Translations under genes and position numbers: made by a program
Notes under the pieces: model-generated
Seen by the model: only the letters and a program-made list of their open reading frames with translations
Databases searched by the model: none
What the model was told of the DNA's origin: nothing
IMG/VR virus record: IMGVR_UViG_3300033070_001565
Source: a virus
Taxonomy: Duplodnaviria > Heunggongvirae > Uroviricota > Caudoviricetes
Length of the DNA stretch: 64,000 nt
Reading direction: 5' to 3' (one strand)
Shown here: piece by piece, positions 63,927-64,000 of the stretch
How the letters are laid out: every line of letters begins with the position of its first letter
Numbering within the stretch: position 1 is the stretch's first letter

Positions 63927-64000
63927 ACGATCATCTGAGTTTTATCTGAAAATGTTCCTATTCCAACTCTTCTATACGTGAGCATGGTATGCTCGTACCA
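63914..64000 (-). CDS. microgene array member, 5'-partial (continues beyond the window)
   Basis: Open frame from the window edge. ...VGIGTF...MIVWET* with the junction ATGGGAAACATGA into the next copy. Confidence 0.35.
   Translation of the reverse strand, partial: WYEHTMLTYRRVGIGTFSDKTQMIVWET

Noticed and set aside
51953-64000. Possible CRISPR array, given the regularly spaced conserved roughly 13-nt element
   Set aside because: The conserved element is a dual-coding start/stop junction inside continuous ORFs. Units are about 190 nt and the content between junctions is homologous protein-coding sequence, not unique spacers.
1-64000. Taking every ORF-track M as ATG
   Set aside because: Checks at 12, 2073, 25016, 59944 and 60180 show the track renders GTG and TTG starts as M. 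Starts were re-evaluated where it mattered.

Overview
This 64-kb window looks like part of a large dsDNA bacteriophage genome: it is gene-dense, almost fully coding, and many genes overlap by 4 nt (ATGA).

The plus-strand half carries the following:
- two beta-class DNA methyltransferases;
- a DnaE-type Pol III alpha subunit next to an HNH endonuclease;
- a candidate DNA base-hypermodification module: a ThyA-like pyrimidine hydroxymethylase, dCMP deaminase, a GT-B glycosyltransferase fused to a P-loop kinase, and two NAD-dependent sugar epimerases;
- a GroEL chaperonin;
- an NMNAT-like enzyme next to a Nudix hydrolase;
- a UvdE endonuclease, an MBD4-like glycosylase, a MazG-like hydrolase, an AAA+ ATPase, a DEAH-box helicase, a radical-SAM protein and an Rnl2-like RNA ligase.

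Two features stand out.
1. Eight tandem paralogues of about 210 aa lie at 25.6-30.8 kb, with a ninth diverged copy on the minus strand at 49.0-49.8 kb. They share an N-terminal leader Y-V-[KR]-x-I-V-E-A-A that also heads unrelated proteins at 7043 and 23167. This resembles a T4 internal-protein capsid-targeting sequence.
2. A roughly 12-kb minus-strand array (51.95-64.0 kb, running off the window) holds at least 55 tandem microgenes of 45-75 codons each. Members share an N-terminal M-E-T-V-x-PG, a central hydrophobic beta-like core and a C-terminal W-K-P. Their boundaries are a conserved dual-coding motif, ATGGAAACCGTGA (start of one gene ten bases before the stop of the previous one) or plain ATGA overlaps. 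Several junctions have lost the stop or start codon and give read-through fusions.

Caveats: the supplied ORF track renders GTG and TTG starts as M, so many starts are uncertain. No rRNA, tRNA or CRISPR array was found.
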